DNA from: an uncultured delta proteobacterium
Lineage (GTDB): Bacteria; Desulfobacterota; Binatia; Binatales; Binataceae
Length of the DNA stretch: 64,000 nt
Direction: 5' to 3'
NCBI GenBank assembly: GCA_963842085.1
Contig: CAWJET010000001.1
Span: forward strand, 896,001 to 960,000
Below the pieces are notes generated by a model that was given only the letters and a program-made list of their open reading frames with translations, ran no database searches and was not told where the DNA came from. The translations under genes and the position numbers were made by a program. Below, one piece after another: positions 18,252 through 28,816 of the stretch (its first letter is position 1; every line of letters begins with the position of its first letter).

Positions 18252-19297
18252 GTCGTTGTCTCAAGCGCCTCGCTGAGCGCCATCATGCATACGCCGGTTG
18301 CGAACGGCGCCGTCCCGATTTCGATCGAATTGTAAAAGGCAAAATCGCACGGCGGCGTTTGCTGCGACACGCCGGTGAAGGCGCCCTGCGCGTCTATCTT
18401 CGAGCAAATGGCGGCAAGTGCGCGCGTGTACGCGTCGCGCGCGCGCGCCTCGTCGAGACCGGCAAGCCGGGTCCGGATCGCGCGGCCAAACGCGAGCGCG
18501 AATCCGGCCGCGGCTGACGCCTCGAGGTACGAATCGTCACGATCAAGCACCGTGTGCCACAAGCCTGACTCGTCCTGCAGCGACGCGACCTTGTTCAGTT
18601 GGAGCGCCAGCGCCGCTCGCAGCTTCTCGACCTGTGCGGCAAGCCGTTGAGTCAGGCCCGCGGCCTCGATTTCGGCGAGCACTTGCGGCACCGCGATCGA
18701 AAACCAGCTATTGCCGCGCGCCCATAAACACGGCGAATGCGAGTTCCGGTCAAGGTAGGCGACGTGCCAGAAAAGTCCGGTGCTGGCGTCGGCCAGCTGA
18801 TCGCGATGAAGGATCATCTGAACCGCCGCACGCTCCAGCATCGCTGGGTCGCCTGAGATGCGGCCGAGCAATGCGAGCGCGGGCGCAGTGAAGTAGCAGA
18901 CGTCGATCCACACTTCGAGTGCCGGCGGATGCGGGATGAAGGCGCCATCGGGAGTCCGCGCGGCTGAATGCTCCATGAAGCCGACTATCGCGCGCGCATA
19001 GTCCAGGTAGCGCGGATCGTTCGTCTTCAGGTGCAGGTCGAGCGCCGGCAGCGCTTCGGCCGCCCAGAACCAGAACCATCCGTTGGTGCGCGGACCCGAA
19101 GCGAGCTTTGGCGCGAACCATCGCTCTGCTGCCTCGATCGGTCCGTCGGTCTTCAGCGCGCGCGCAGCGTAAATGAGCCCGTCGCACAGGATTGCGTCGC
19201 CCCAGTGCGGCTGCTTGGCGGGCAGCTCGCGGCCGGCATTCGCCGTCAGCCGCTCTAACGCGTGACGAACTTCGTCGAGAGAAAACTCTGGCCGCAT
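18230..19297 (-). CDS. Glycoside hydrolase family 88/105-like protein
   Basis: VWIDVCYF, WARGNSW, GLWHTVLD..SYLEAS. Confidence 0.8.
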   Translation of the reverse strand: MRPEFSLDEVRHALERLTANAGRELPAKQPHWGDAILCDGLIYAARALKTDGPIEAAERWFAPKLASGPRTNGWFWFWAAEALPALDLHLKTNDPRYLDYARAIVGFMEHSAARTPDGAFIPHPPALEVWIDVCYFTAPALALLGRISGDPAMLERAAVQMILHRDQLADASTGLFWHVAYLDRNSHSPCLWARGNSWFSIAVPQVLAEIEAAGLTQRLAAQVEKLRAALALQLNKVASLQDESGLWHTVLDRDDSYLEASAAAGFALAFGRAIRTRLAGLDEARARDAYTRALAAICSKIDAQGAFTGVSQQTPPCDFAFYNSIEIGTAPFATGVCMMALSEALETTTWQTKES

Positions 19298-19333
19298 CTT
19301 GTCTTAGTACTGGGTGCAGGGATCATCCCCTGC

Positions 19334-19810
19334 TCATCCGCCGTAGGTCCATCCGGTCTCTTTCATTGTCAACGCTTCGGCGTCCCGCTTGACGTGCGCC
19401 TCGGTGACCTTGCCGACGACGACGCTGTGATCGCCGAGCTCGTAAAACCCGACGACGTCGCACTCGACCGACGCGGGCGCATCGCTGATGATTGGCGCGC
19501 CGTTGGCGCCGTTCTCGAACGCGAAGTCGCCGAATTTGCCGTCCTTGGGTTCGACATGACGAAAGAACGCGCCCGCGATCGCTTTCTGCCCGGCCGCGAG
19601 CATCGAAAGCGCAAACTTCTTCGAGTCTTTCACCATCGTGTGCGAACCCGAGTCCTTTTTGATCCCGACGACCACCAGCGGCGGGTTGAAGCTTGCTTGC
19701 GTGACCCAGTTGACGGTCGCCGCGGTGGCGTTGCCGCCGTGGGACGCGCCGAGAACGAACAATCCGTAGGGGATCATCAACAGCGATTGCTTTTTTGCTT
19801 TTTCATCCAT
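19334..19810 (-). CDS. Flavin reductase family protein
   Basis: QASFNPPLV, GDHSVVVG, WTYGG. Confidence 0.88.
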   Translation of the reverse strand: MDEKAKKQSLLMIPYGLFVLGASHGGNATAATVNWVTQASFNPPLVVVGIKKDSGSHTMVKDSKKFALSMLAAGQKAIAGAFFRHVEPKDGKFGDFAFENGANGAPIISDAPASVECDVVGFYELGDHSVVVGKVTEAHVKRDAEALTMKETGWTYGG

Positions 19811-19898
19811 GGTACAGGGCTCCTTCTCTTGAAGATTTTGAAGATCACGTCTCCACACCAGGCGGCGCGGGGATTATACTCAGGCAAAGACTGCACCG

Positions 19899-20234
19899 AT
19901 GGCGCTTATCAAGTCAAAGAGCCCGAAAATCAAAGCGCTCCACGAGGTGGGGCGCTACGCCGTCGGCGTGCAATGGGTTGACGGCCACGACAGCATTTTT
20001 CCGCTGGACAACTTGCGCCGCGGATGTCTGTGCGACGCTTGCAAGGGCAGCGTGAACGGCGAGGTGCCGCCTGCGAGCGTGCGCATGCGGCAGCTTTCGC
20101 GACTGGGCGAGGCGGCGGTGTTTATCGGATGGGCGGACGGGCACGAGACTATCTACACGATGCCGCAACTCAGAAGTCTCTGCCGATGCGCACACTGCGT
20201 GGCGGAGCCTGAACGCCCGATCACCGGCGGTTAG
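19899..20234 (+). CDS. DUF971-type Zn-binding protein with tandem motifs
   Basis: Two W.DGH..I....LR..C.C..C repeats. Confidence 0.78.
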   Translation: MALIKSKSPKIKALHEVGRYAVGVQWVDGHDSIFPLDNLRRGCLCDACKGSVNGEVPPASVRMRQLSRLGEAAVFIGWADGHETIYTMPQLRSLCRCAHCVAEPERPITGG

Positions 20235-20264
20235 AAGCAAGTAACCTCCCGGGAGGATTCATCG

Positions 20265-20864
20265 ATGAATGGCAAAGCAATCGCGGGATTAGCGGCGGCG
20301 CTGGCGTTTGCGATGACGGCCACGATGGCGGCCGCGGCAGGACCGGGTGGCGGCGGAGTGGGTGGCGGCGGGGTCGGCGGCATGCACGGGATCGGCGCGA
20401 TAGGCAGTATTGGCGCGATCAATATGAGCGGAATTAGGTTTGGCGGAGGTGGAGGACGGACCGGTGGGATTGGCGGATCCATGACGAATGGACCGTTTCC
20501 GACCAACGAACCGGAACATTACCATGAGATTAAGCTTGTCGGACGCCTGGCGAAAGACGAGTCAGGGTTGACGATAGATCAGCAGATCGTGCGCATGCGC
20601 GTTGACGGGCGGACGATCCCGATGGCGATTAACGGCGATGCTATGAGCAACAGCCTGCAGCTCGATCAAGGCGACGAACTCGGACAGGAGTTGTATCGCC
20701 TTATTCTGAGCAGGCAGTTGCAAGTGGTTGGAGACCAGAAACTGCGCGCTCAGATTGCCGACGCGGCGGCGGCCAACCCCTCGAAGCGGATACTGGTGGA
20801 CGGCTTCGTGTACGATCGCATGACGCCGTACCTGGTGCTGGTCTCGGTAGGCGACGCTCCGTAG
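20265..20864 (+). CDS. Exported Gly-rich hypothetical protein
   Basis: Signal peptide followed by Gly tract; GGAGG RBS. Confidence 0.7.
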   Translation: MNGKAIAGLAAALAFAMTATMAAAAGPGGGGVGGGGVGGMHGIGAIGSIGAINMSGIRFGGGGGRTGGIGGSMTNGPFPTNEPEHYHEIKLVGRLAKDESGLTIDQQIVRMRVDGRTIPMAINGDAMSNSLQLDQGDELGQELYRLILSRQLQVVGDQKLRAQIADAAAANPSKRILVDGFVYDRMTPYLVLVSVGDAP

Positions 20865-20882
20865 CGAGCAAGTCGCGCCTTC

Positions 20883-21539
20883 TTAACGCATCGGGTTGGA
20901 TTGCGACTGCTGTTGCGGATGCTTGCTGATGCTGCCGCGGCCGTTCGAGCCGCCGTTTAGCGCATTGAGATTGACCTGCGCGACCTTCAGGTTGGGGTCC
21001 AGCCTGAGGGCCTTCTCCCACGCTTCCTCGGCTTCGCCGAAGCGCTGCAAATCGTTCAGCGCCATGCCCTTGGCGTTGTAGAGCCGCGCATTGGAAGGAT
21101 CCTTGACTATTCCGGCGTTGGCCGCCAGCAGCGCATCTTCGGAGTCGCCGACGCGCATATAGATGTCGGCCAGCTCGATGAAGTTATTGCCCGACGGATT
21201 CAACTGGGTCGCGGTGCGGTACATATCGATCGCAGTGGCGCCGTCGCGCAGCAGGCCGTAGCAGAAGCCGAGGTCGACGTACGCCGAGTCGTTCCGCGGA
21301 TCGATTTTCAGCGCCAGGCGCAGCTTGTCCATCGCCTGGTGAATCAATCTGGTATCGACCGGATCGGACTGACCGGCGTGCACGATCGTTTTTTCCGCCT
21401 CGGCCACGACCGCATCGGATTCGGCGCGGTTGACCTCGGCTGCGTGGCTCGAAGATGTGATCGCGCAGACTCCCAACGCAACGATTGCGATCGCAATTGC
21501 CAGATTCAATCGTGCCTTTCCGTAGTATCGAGTAACCAT
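20883..21539 (-). CDS. Exported TPR protein
   Basis: Signal peptide and several TPR motifs. Confidence 0.8.
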   Translation of the reverse strand: MVTRYYGKARLNLAIAIAIVALGVCAITSSSHAAEVNRAESDAVVAEAEKTIVHAGQSDPVDTRLIHQAMDKLRLALKIDPRNDSAYVDLGFCYGLLRDGATAIDMYRTATQLNPSGNNFIELADIYMRVGDSEDALLAANAGIVKDPSNARLYNAKGMALNDLQRFGEAEEAWEKALRLDPNLKVAQVNLNALNGGSNGRGSISKHPQQQSQSNPMR

Positions 21540-21658
21540 GTTTACGCCACCGTTCACCCGGACACATCGATAATAGGCGCCGCGGGCGAATTGGCAAGAT
21601 TGAACCGTCCGGCACGACGAAGTTGTTTCAATGCGGCTGCTCCGATAACTATGGGTTC

Positions 21659-22654
21659 GTGCCCCGCGACTCGTTCAATCGTGAGATAGATTACCTGCGG
21701 TTGTCGGTAATCGACGCATGCAATCTGCGATGCGTCTACTGCATGCCGCTGGAGGGGTTGCGCTTTCTGCCCAAGGACGAGTTGCTGACGCCGGCGGAGT
21801 TCGAAACCGTCGCGCGCGCCGCGGTCAGCGTGGGCTTTCGAAAATTCCGCCTGACCGGCGGCGAGCCTACCCTGCGGCTCGATCTCGTCGAGATCGTCGA
21901 GCGGCTGGCGCAGGTCCCCGGAGTGGACGGCCTGGCGCTGACGACCAACGCACTCCTGCTCACCGAGCTTGCGCCCGCGCTCAAGCGCGCCGGACTGAAT
22001 CGAATCAACGTGCATCTCGACAGCCTGGACTCCGCGACTGTCGAGCGGCAGATGCGATGGGGCAGCTTCGAGAAAATCTGGCGTGGGATCGTCGCGGCCG
22101 AAGAGGCCGGACTCACGCCGATAAAGCTCAACGCGGTGGTGACGGCCGGCTACAACGAATCCGATGTTGTCGAGCTGGCGCGGCTGACGGTCGGGCGCGA
22201 CTGGCACGTGCGATTTATCGAGCTGATGCCGCTCGGCGGCGGCGAATGCGCGCGGCTGTCGATGAAACGCTACGTGTCGAACATCGAGACGCGGCGCAGA
22301 ATCGAGTCGGCGCTCGGCGCGCTAACTGAAGTGCCCTCGGAGAACCTGGCCGACGAATCGCGCAACTTCCGGCTGGCGGGCGCACGCGGCGTGGTCGGCT
22401 TCATCAGCCCGGTCAGCGAGCCCTACTGCGGGACCTGCAACCGGATGCGGCTGACGGCGGACGGAAAGTTCCACCTGTGCCTGCTCAACGACGACGAACT
22501 CGACGTGCGCAAAGCGTTGCGCTCGCATTCGCGCGACAGGATCGCCGACGTCGCGCGAATCCTCAAACGCGCAGTCGAGCTGAAGCCAACTGGCCATCAC
22601 CTGCTCGAGGGCCGCTCGACGCAGCATCGCTCGATGTACCAAATCGGCGGCTAA
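21659..22654 (+). CDS. moaA: GTP 3',8-cyclase MoaA (core copy)
   Basis: GTG start; CNLRCVYC, LTGGEP, CGTCNRMRLT..C, terminal IGG. Confidence 0.95.
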   Translation: MPRDSFNREIDYLRLSVIDACNLRCVYCMPLEGLRFLPKDELLTPAEFETVARAAVSVGFRKFRLTGGEPTLRLDLVEIVERLAQVPGVDGLALTTNALLLTELAPALKRAGLNRINVHLDSLDSATVERQMRWGSFEKIWRGIVAAEEAGLTPIKLNAVVTAGYNESDVVELARLTVGRDWHVRFIELMPLGGGECARLSMKRYVSNIETRRRIESALGALTEVPSENLADESRNFRLAGARGVVGFISPVSEPYCGTCNRMRLTADGKFHLCLLNDDELDVRKALRSHSRDRIADVARILKRAVELKPTGHHLLEGRSTQHRSMYQIGG

Positions 22655-22837
22655 TATCTTAATTCTTTAATATATTCAGATACTTAGCTGCATACTACGA
22701 CGTTCTGACCACCAGATTTGACCATCGCCAGACCTTGGAAAAGGGGGTCGGGGGGCCGCTTTGAGCTAAGGGCCTGACGGTCCCTTTGAAGGGGACCATC
22801 GCCCGGGCTAATCGGGCCTAGGAAACATATACGGATT

Positions 22838-22935
22838 GCGAAATAAGCGTGTAAAGCGAAAAAAGGAGGGCGCTGAGAGGCCGACGCCCCTAGCTGAAGG
22901 TTACTATTGGGAAAAAAGCGAAATACGCGAAAAAA
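22838..22935 (+). repeat. Two triplets of 9-bp iteron-like repeats (GCGAAAWAA)
   Basis: GCGAAATAA-GCGTGTAAA-GCGAAAAAA and GGGAAAAAA-GCGAAATAC-GCGAAAAAA. Confidence 0.6.
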
Positions 22936-23356
22936 GGCGCCGTCCGAAGTTAGGCTGATGCTCGCTGACGCTCACCTGCGGCCCGCATCATCCAGTCGAG
23001 CGCTCGCCACCGTGGCACTGCGGTAGCGTGACGTGGTGTAGACGTGGTGTAGAGGAGTTCCAAAATGGAGACAGAAGAGAAGTGCAAAAATTGCGGCACA
23101 AGCTGTCTGAACATGAGACCGCACCTCCGGCTCCTAGGGTCGTTCCGTGGGCGATGATTACAAGTATCCGGGCAGTTGCAAAATTCCCGGCTGCGCGTGC
23201 GTCGTCTTTCGGGGGGAATAGGTCAGGTCGCCTTAAAGGCGGGATCGTCTCTTGGGGTTGGTCTCGGCCCCGCATCATCCCGCCGAGCGCTCGCCATGCG
23301 ACACCTGTGGCACCTTGCACTCCAGGGATAGCCCCTGTCGCCGGGGTTGATCCGTG

Positions 23357-24013
23357 TCATTCTTTTCCCGCCCTTATCTCCTCGACCGTGATGCCGCCAA
23401 TGCGCTCCTCGGGCGCGGATGCCGGCAGCGCCTTCGTCTCGATCGCCTCGAGGTCATCGCCGAGCGCCCAGATCGCGCGCAGCTGCTCGACCGTGACCTT
23501 GCCCTCGACCTGCAGCACCGGCTGCGGCGGGGTCGGGAACAGGCCGAGGTGATCCCCCAGCGCCTTGAGCGCCGGCAGCTTCGCGTTGAAGCGGACCTCG
23601 CCCTCGGGGGTCTTGTGGAAGGTCAGGGCGCGCGCGACCGTCTCGGGCATCTGCCTGATCGGCAGCAGCCTGTTCTCGTCGTCGAAGGCGTCCTGCGGGT
23701 TGGCGAAGCCCACCAGCGCGATCTCGCGGAGGACGCGTTCCCGGCTCACCTCGGCGCGGGCGAGGACGCGGCGGTCGGCGGCGGCCAGCGCCTCCTGGAT
23801 TCCAACATTGTCCAATAGGCGAGGGCCGATGGCATGGGCGGTCTTGCGGCTGTAGCCCGCGCGCCTGGCGGCCTGGGTGGCGTTGCGGTCCTTGAGGTAT
23901 TCGGCGACGAAGAGGACCTGGCGTCCGTTGAGGGGCCGGAGCTTTCGCCTTGGTTTCGCCGGGGCCTTGGTAGGCGGCTTGGGGGCGGCCTGGAGCCAGG
24001 CGCCAACCGTCAC
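23357..24013 (-). CDS. Phage terminase small subunit-like protein (start uncertain)
   Basis: LNGRQVLFVAEYLKDRNATQAARRAGYSRKTAHAIGPRLL, typical TerS N-terminus. Confidence 0.8.
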   Translation of the reverse strand: MTVGAWLQAAPKPPTKAPAKPRRKLRPLNGRQVLFVAEYLKDRNATQAARRAGYSRKTAHAIGPRLLDNVGIQEALAAADRRVLARAEVSRERVLREIALVGFANPQDAFDDENRLLPIRQMPETVARALTFHKTPEGEVRFNAKLPALKALGDHLGLFPTPPQPVLQVEGKVTVEQLRAIWALGDDLEAIETKALPASAPEERIGGITVEEIRAGKE

Positions 24014-24295
24014 ATAGTCTTGTGTGTTGAGGCTAGACGGGGCACGTGCATCGGTGGCAGTCCAATTCTGATCTGCCGCCAAATCAATGAGCTGGTTAGA
24101 GGCCGGACTCGTGACTGAGAGCCAGTTTGACGGAGGACCCAACAGATTTTACGGTGAGGAGGGAGACTCTTTCTTTTTTGGACCGTCTTCAAAGGCGTCA
24201 TTCCCGTTTAGCGACACGTTCTTGAAAACGACGGCGTTGATTGGTGAATCGCGGAGCGATTGCGGTTCGAATCGCCGACGGATACCCTCTCGCCG

Positions 24296-24703
24296 ATGCA
24301 CATCCCGCGCTTCATGCGACGCATAAACCGAGTGTGCACCAACCGCATCCTGGGCCCGCTTGCGCGGGTGATGCCGCCGTTGGCCGTGGTGCACCATGTC
24401 GGCCGAAGGAGCGGACATGGCTATCATACGCCGGTGGTCGCTTTCCGCCACGACGAGACGTTCGTGGTCCCCATGACCTACGGCCGCGACGTCGATTGGG
24501 CGCGCAATATCGTCAAGGCGCACGGCTGCCAGATTGAGCAAATGGGCCGGCGCTTCACCGTGTTGAACCCCCGCGTGGCGGACTTCAAGACCGCCGAGGC
24601 ACACCTGCCTGGCGCGGTGCGCGCGACGCTTCGCGCCGCGAACCTCCCAGGGTACATGCTGCTCGATCTCCAGCCAGAGCGGACGGACGGCAACCGAAGA
24701 TAG
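24296..24703 (+). CDS. Deazaflavin-dependent nitroreductase (DDN)-like protein
   Basis: HHVGRRSG..Y.TPV, MTYG..VDWARNI. Confidence 0.78.
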   Translation: MHIPRFMRRINRVCTNRILGPLARVMPPLAVVHHVGRRSGHGYHTPVVAFRHDETFVVPMTYGRDVDWARNIVKAHGCQIEQMGRRFTVLNPRVADFKTAEAHLPGAVRATLRAANLPGYMLLDLQPERTDGNRR

Positions 24704-24725
24704 TCGCCGAAGTTCTCGAATCGGT

Positions 24726-24756
24726 ACCGTCAGTTCAAATTTACTTCCCTCCGCCA
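24726..24756 (+). other. Degenerate tRNA 3'-end-like sequence (possible att remnant)
   Basis: ACCGTCAGTTCAAATTTACTTCCCTCCGCCA. Confidence 0.5.
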
Positions 24757-25072
24757 CCGAGTCTCACGGTTGAGGGATTCTCCAGGGAAGTGCGTAAACC
24801 GCGCGCGTGTAGTGGCGATGCGCACGCGCCATCGGCACCGGAGAGCGCGCACATTTCGAGCCGGGCCCGGTCACTTCGATTTTCTCTCTGTGGGCGGGTA
24901 ATTCGGTGCCGATGCCTACCATTGCGACGCTACGTCCGGCGGAAGCTGTCGAGATCGCGAGCGACGCGAAGGCACGACGAGCTTCCGATGAGAGAAAGCG
25001 TTTCGCCCGACGCTCGCCTTATGATGCGTCATCAAGTTGAGAACGAGGAGGCCCCAGTACGAATGTTCCCTG

Positions 25073-26758
25073 CTACTCAGCATTCAGAGCGGTTCTCTGT
25101 GCGCACCATGAGAGCGGAAGCTCGATGCGTCGGGTGAGCGCTTCTGCGCTAAGAGTGGTCGGCTGCCGGCCCTCGACAATGGACTCAACGATATCCGGCG
25201 CCAGGAAAGCCAGGCGGATCAAGCGGCCTACGTAGCGGACGGATAGTCCCTCGCGTGCAGCGATCGCAGCAAGAGATCTGGCCTTGCCGGTGCTAATCTC
25301 GTCGAACCAGCGATGTGCCCGAGCGACGGCCTTCAGTAGCGACAGATCGACGATGGCCGCTGAACGATTGTGATCGCCTACGATCAGCCGCAGCTCAACT
25401 CCACGCCGCTTCAGTTGCATTGGGAACGATCGTGCGATTGCGATCTGGTCTGAAAGCTGAGCCCCGGACTTTTCCGCGCCTGCAATGGGCAGCTTAATCG
25501 ACACCCTTATGCCGTCAGATTTGAGCTCCACCCGATCCACCAACGCGGCAAGCGCGGAGGTTTGTTCGGCTTCCGACTGAAGTAGGCGACTCCAGCTGCG
25601 TGCTGCGTGGAGTACTCGTTCGATTCGGCCAGAGTCGTGGGTTGTATTCTGAGCGGCTTCAAGAACAGAAGACTCGTCGTCGAGCATTTCCCGAATAGCA
25701 GCCGCGACTCGACCTTCGAGTTCTCGGGCAGGCAAACGCCAGCCGAGGTGCGCTGGAATGGCTCCCTGGGCCGCGATGGTGTGCGACACGTAGTAACGGT
25801 ACTTTCTCTCTCCCTTGCGTGCGTGACTGGGCGTCAGCCCATGGTCATTCTCGTCGACCAATCGCCCGATGAGGGGACTCTTTTCGAAGCCCGCATCGTG
25901 GCTCTTGGTGCGGACCCGGCGCTCCTGAAGCTGCTGCTGGGTTCGGTTCCACACAGCTCGATCGACGATCGCATGATGCTGACCCGGATGGCGGAGGTTC
26001 TTGTGCCGGATCTCACCTATGTAAATCGGATTTGAGAGGAGGGCGTAGAGTGCCCCTCGGGAGAACGAGTGCCCGCCGGACTCGATTCCGGTCTTTGAGG
26101 TTCGGCGCTTGGAAACGACGCCGCGGCGGTCCAGCTCTTCTTTGAGCAGCCGAACGCAGCCGAGCTCCTGGTAGCGCCGGAAAATATATCGGACGGTCTC
26201 CGCTTCCCGTTCGTCGATCACAATGCGACGGTCGCGGACGTCATATCCCAATGGAACGCAACCGCCCATCCACATCCCTTTGCGTTTGGAGGCCGCTATC
26301 TTGTCGCGTATCCGTTCCCCTGTCACCTCGCGCTCGAACTGGGCGAAGGACAGCAGTACGTTGAGGGTCAGACGTCCCATCGATGTGGTCGTGTTGAACT
26401 GCTGAGTGACCGCGACGAACGAGACTCCATGCGCGTCGAACACCTCGACCATCTTGGCGAAGTCGGCGAGCGAGCGGGTCAACCGGTCAACTTTGTAGAC
26501 CACCACGACATCGATCAGGCCTTGATTGATGTCGGCCAGCAGCCGCTGCAACGCTGGTCGTTCCATCGTTCCGCCCGACAGGCCGCCATCGTCATAGGCC
26601 GCCTTGACCAGACGCCATCCTTCACCAGCCTGGCTCTTGATGAACGCTTCGCACGCCTCGCGCTGCGCCTGGAGCGAGTTGAAATCTTGCTCCAACCCTT
26701 CCTCAGAAGACTTGCGGGTGTAGATTGCGCAGCGCCTCGAAACCTTAGCGGGTTCCAT
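25073..26758 (-). CDS. Large serine recombinase
   Basis: CAIYTRKS catalytic motif, VYKVDRLTR, FAQFEREVTGERIRDK, recombinase domain. Confidence 0.93.
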   Translation of the reverse strand: MEPAKVSRRCAIYTRKSSEEGLEQDFNSLQAQREACEAFIKSQAGEGWRLVKAAYDDGGLSGGTMERPALQRLLADINQGLIDVVVVYKVDRLTRSLADFAKMVEVFDAHGVSFVAVTQQFNTTTSMGRLTLNVLLSFAQFEREVTGERIRDKIAASKRKGMWMGGCVPLGYDVRDRRIVIDEREAETVRYIFRRYQELGCVRLLKEELDRRGVVSKRRTSKTGIESGGHSFSRGALYALLSNPIYIGEIRHKNLRHPGQHHAIVDRAVWNRTQQQLQERRVRTKSHDAGFEKSPLIGRLVDENDHGLTPSHARKGERKYRYYVSHTIAAQGAIPAHLGWRLPARELEGRVAAAIREMLDDESSVLEAAQNTTHDSGRIERVLHAARSWSRLLQSEAEQTSALAALVDRVELKSDGIRVSIKLPIAGAEKSGAQLSDQIAIARSFPMQLKRRGVELRLIVGDHNRSAAIVDLSLLKAVARAHRWFDEISTGKARSLAAIAAREGLSVRYVGRLIRLAFLAPDIVESIVEGRQPTTLSAEALTRRIELPLSWCAQRTALNAE

Positions 26759-26769
26759 GATTTTGCTCC

Positions 26770-27228
26770 TTAGCGGCGGGTTTTGAGGCCGAAGAATAGC
26801 GGGCCCGACCAGCGCGCGCCGGTTATGATGCGTGCAACCTCGGAAAGTGACTTGTATCGTTTGCTGCGAAAGAGGATCCCGTCTTCGAGCACCTTGGCCT
26901 GATGGGTGACTCCGCCCCATTCGCGCACCAACAAGGTTCCGGCTCTAGGACGTAGGATCGGACGGTGCGGTGAGGGTCGAGTGGTCGCTGGATTGTTGGC
27001 GGCCTGCATGAGATGGCGGCGGACGGAAGGCTTGAGTGCGCTGTGTGCATTCTCCTGCATTCGGTGGGCAACCGCCGCGATCAGCAGAGAGCGGTGAATC
27101 TGCTGCGGGGGCTTCGTGCCATAGAGATTGCGCCAGCAGTCCTTCAGCTCGTCGTCGCCTCGCCTTTCCAGATCCTTCAATTCCTGTGCGAGTTTTTCGG
27201 ATTTGACGTCCGATACCATGCGCTTCAT
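26770..27228 (-). CDS. DUF2924 domain protein
   Basis: GTLLVREWGGVTH, YKSLSEVARIITGARWSGPLFFGL; directly upstream of the recombinase. Confidence 0.88.
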   Translation of the reverse strand: MKRMVSDVKSEKLAQELKDLERRGDDELKDCWRNLYGTKPPQQIHRSLLIAAVAHRMQENAHSALKPSVRRHLMQAANNPATTRPSPHRPILRPRAGTLLVREWGGVTHQAKVLEDGILFRSKRYKSLSEVARIITGARWSGPLFFGLKTRR

Positions 27229-27505
27229 AGCCAGTGATTTAACCCTTCCTATACACACACACATTGCTCGATTCGCGCCGTGTAGCCAGTCCTAGGAGGG
27301 GTTCACCTCGCGTTTGTCTGATGCGATTTCGCTGGCCCATTCGCCTTCCAATCGCCACCATCGTGCGGACCGTTGATGCGCGCCCAATAGCCGGCTTCTC
27401 CCTTTCCGCGCGAATGATGCTGGGAAATGGGGAAAACGCTCGCTTCACGCGCCGACCAGAGCAAACATCCCGACGAGCCCTTATGGCTCAAGGAGATTCA
27501 GAAGA

Positions 27506-27787
27506 ATGGAACACGCGAAACTGGCGAAGGGAAGCGGGCATAAACTGCCGATCGGACACTCTCAATCATCGGTCCGGAAGAAAGCTGACCGGAAAAAGAC
27601 TGAATCCGAACGGTCGCTCCGGAAGGAGACCGGCAGCAAGTCGAAATCAGAGAAACTGGTTTGCCGCTATTGCGGGAGCGGTGACCTGGCGCCGAGTTTC
27701 ATCAAGCGGCGGGATCGCCGCTGCCGCAAGTGTTTTAGTAAACGCTATGGATCGGCACGTGCGACTAAGACGAAGCTCAAGAAGTAG
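27506..27787 (+). CDS. Small basic Zn-ribbon protein
   Basis: AGGAG RBS; CRYC...CRKC; Lys-rich. Confidence 0.65.
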   Translation: MEHAKLAKGSGHKLPIGHSQSSVRKKADRKKTESERSLRKETGSKSKSEKLVCRYCGSGDLAPSFIKRRDRRCRKCFSKRYGSARATKTKLKK

Positions 27788-27810
27788 TTTTGGCACCGAC
27801 TTGAGGCGAA

Positions 27811-27840
27811 GGGCCGGCTCGAAGAGCCCGGCCCCTTTTC
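27811..27840 (+). terminator. Rho-independent terminator
   Basis: GGGCCGGCTC...GAGCCCGGCCC hairpin followed by TTTT. Confidence 0.6.
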
Positions 27841-28069
27841 GTTCAGAGCTACATCTGAAGACCATGCTGACTGACAAATGCTCTAGATCCACAACCGCCC
27901 GACTACGGAATCGGGCGGGCAACAATCGAGATGACGGACCGCTCGAACTTACGCATGCTGGCGATTCAACGACGGCCAATCTCAAAACTCTTGACTTTTC
28001 CCCGCGTTCTGAGCTTTTGCAAGCCAGCGGTGGCAAGGGGCCTTGGTTGGTGTTTTGCCCCCGCTTTGC

Positions 28070-28126
28070 ACCTGTGTGTGGCGAATTACTGATTTCCCCA
28101 GAATCAGCAATTCGCCACGCACAGGT
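28070..28126. repeat. Palindromic element copy 1
   Basis: ACCTGTGTGTGGCGAATTACTGATT-TCCCCAG-AATCAGCAATTCGCCACGCACAGGT. Confidence 0.92.
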
Positions 28127-28251
28127 AGCGATACAGAGGTAAACCCTGCCGCCAAGCGCGCCAGGAAGTCCGCGCAGGCTAGCGCGGATTGAGTTTTTAG
28201 AAGCCAAAGGACCAATTTGTGATGACTCGCGGACGCCGACAACGGAACTCG

Positions 28252-28659
28252 CTACCGGAGATCGACTTTGTGGCGGTGAAGAAGTATCGCCGCGCCCCAG
28301 CTGAAAGCGAAAGCAAAAATGACATAGACAGTGTCAAAGATCATCTCGCTCTGCGAAGCCGGCGGTGGATTCCTCGCCGAAAAAAGCACCAGGTTGAGCG
28401 TGACGTAGATCGCATATGCGTAGCCGAGGTACATCGCATAGCGGCGCATCCGCCAGATCCCGGCCGCATAAATCAACAGAACAATTCCCAGCAGCGGCCC
28501 AAGGATCGCATCCGGTGTGCCGCTCAGCCGTTGGCCAAAAAAGACCAGGCCCGTGGTCGGACCCTCGAGATGAAGCGGCTTCAGGATGTCGGTTGATGCG
28601 AGAATTGCGAACAGGACCGCCAAGGTTGTCAGCATTCCGCCACGCCTGGAATCAGCCAT
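28252..28659 (-). CDS. Hypothetical membrane protein
   Basis: About four hydrophobic helices. Confidence 0.7.
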   Translation of the reverse strand: MADSRRGGMLTTLAVLFAILASTDILKPLHLEGPTTGLVFFGQRLSGTPDAILGPLLGIVLLIYAAGIWRMRRYAMYLGYAYAIYVTLNLVLFSARNPPPASQSEMIFDTVYVIFAFAFSWGAAILLHRHKVDLR

Positions 28660-28816
28660 CGCATGACCCTCTGCGGGTATCGATCTAATATGTTCCAAGC
28701 GGCAGCGATAGCCCCCGGCCAACCCGGTACGGACTCCAGCAGGAATGCCTTTTATTCGGGCCGAACAGCGCACCAAACACGGGCTGAATTGCGCCCTTCT
28801 AATCCTGAAGGTTCTC

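Noticed and set aside
27264-28207. 292-aa and 186-aa ORFs crossing palindrome copy 1
   Set aside because: They overlap the Zn-ribbon gene and its terminator, have atypical composition, and show no motifs.
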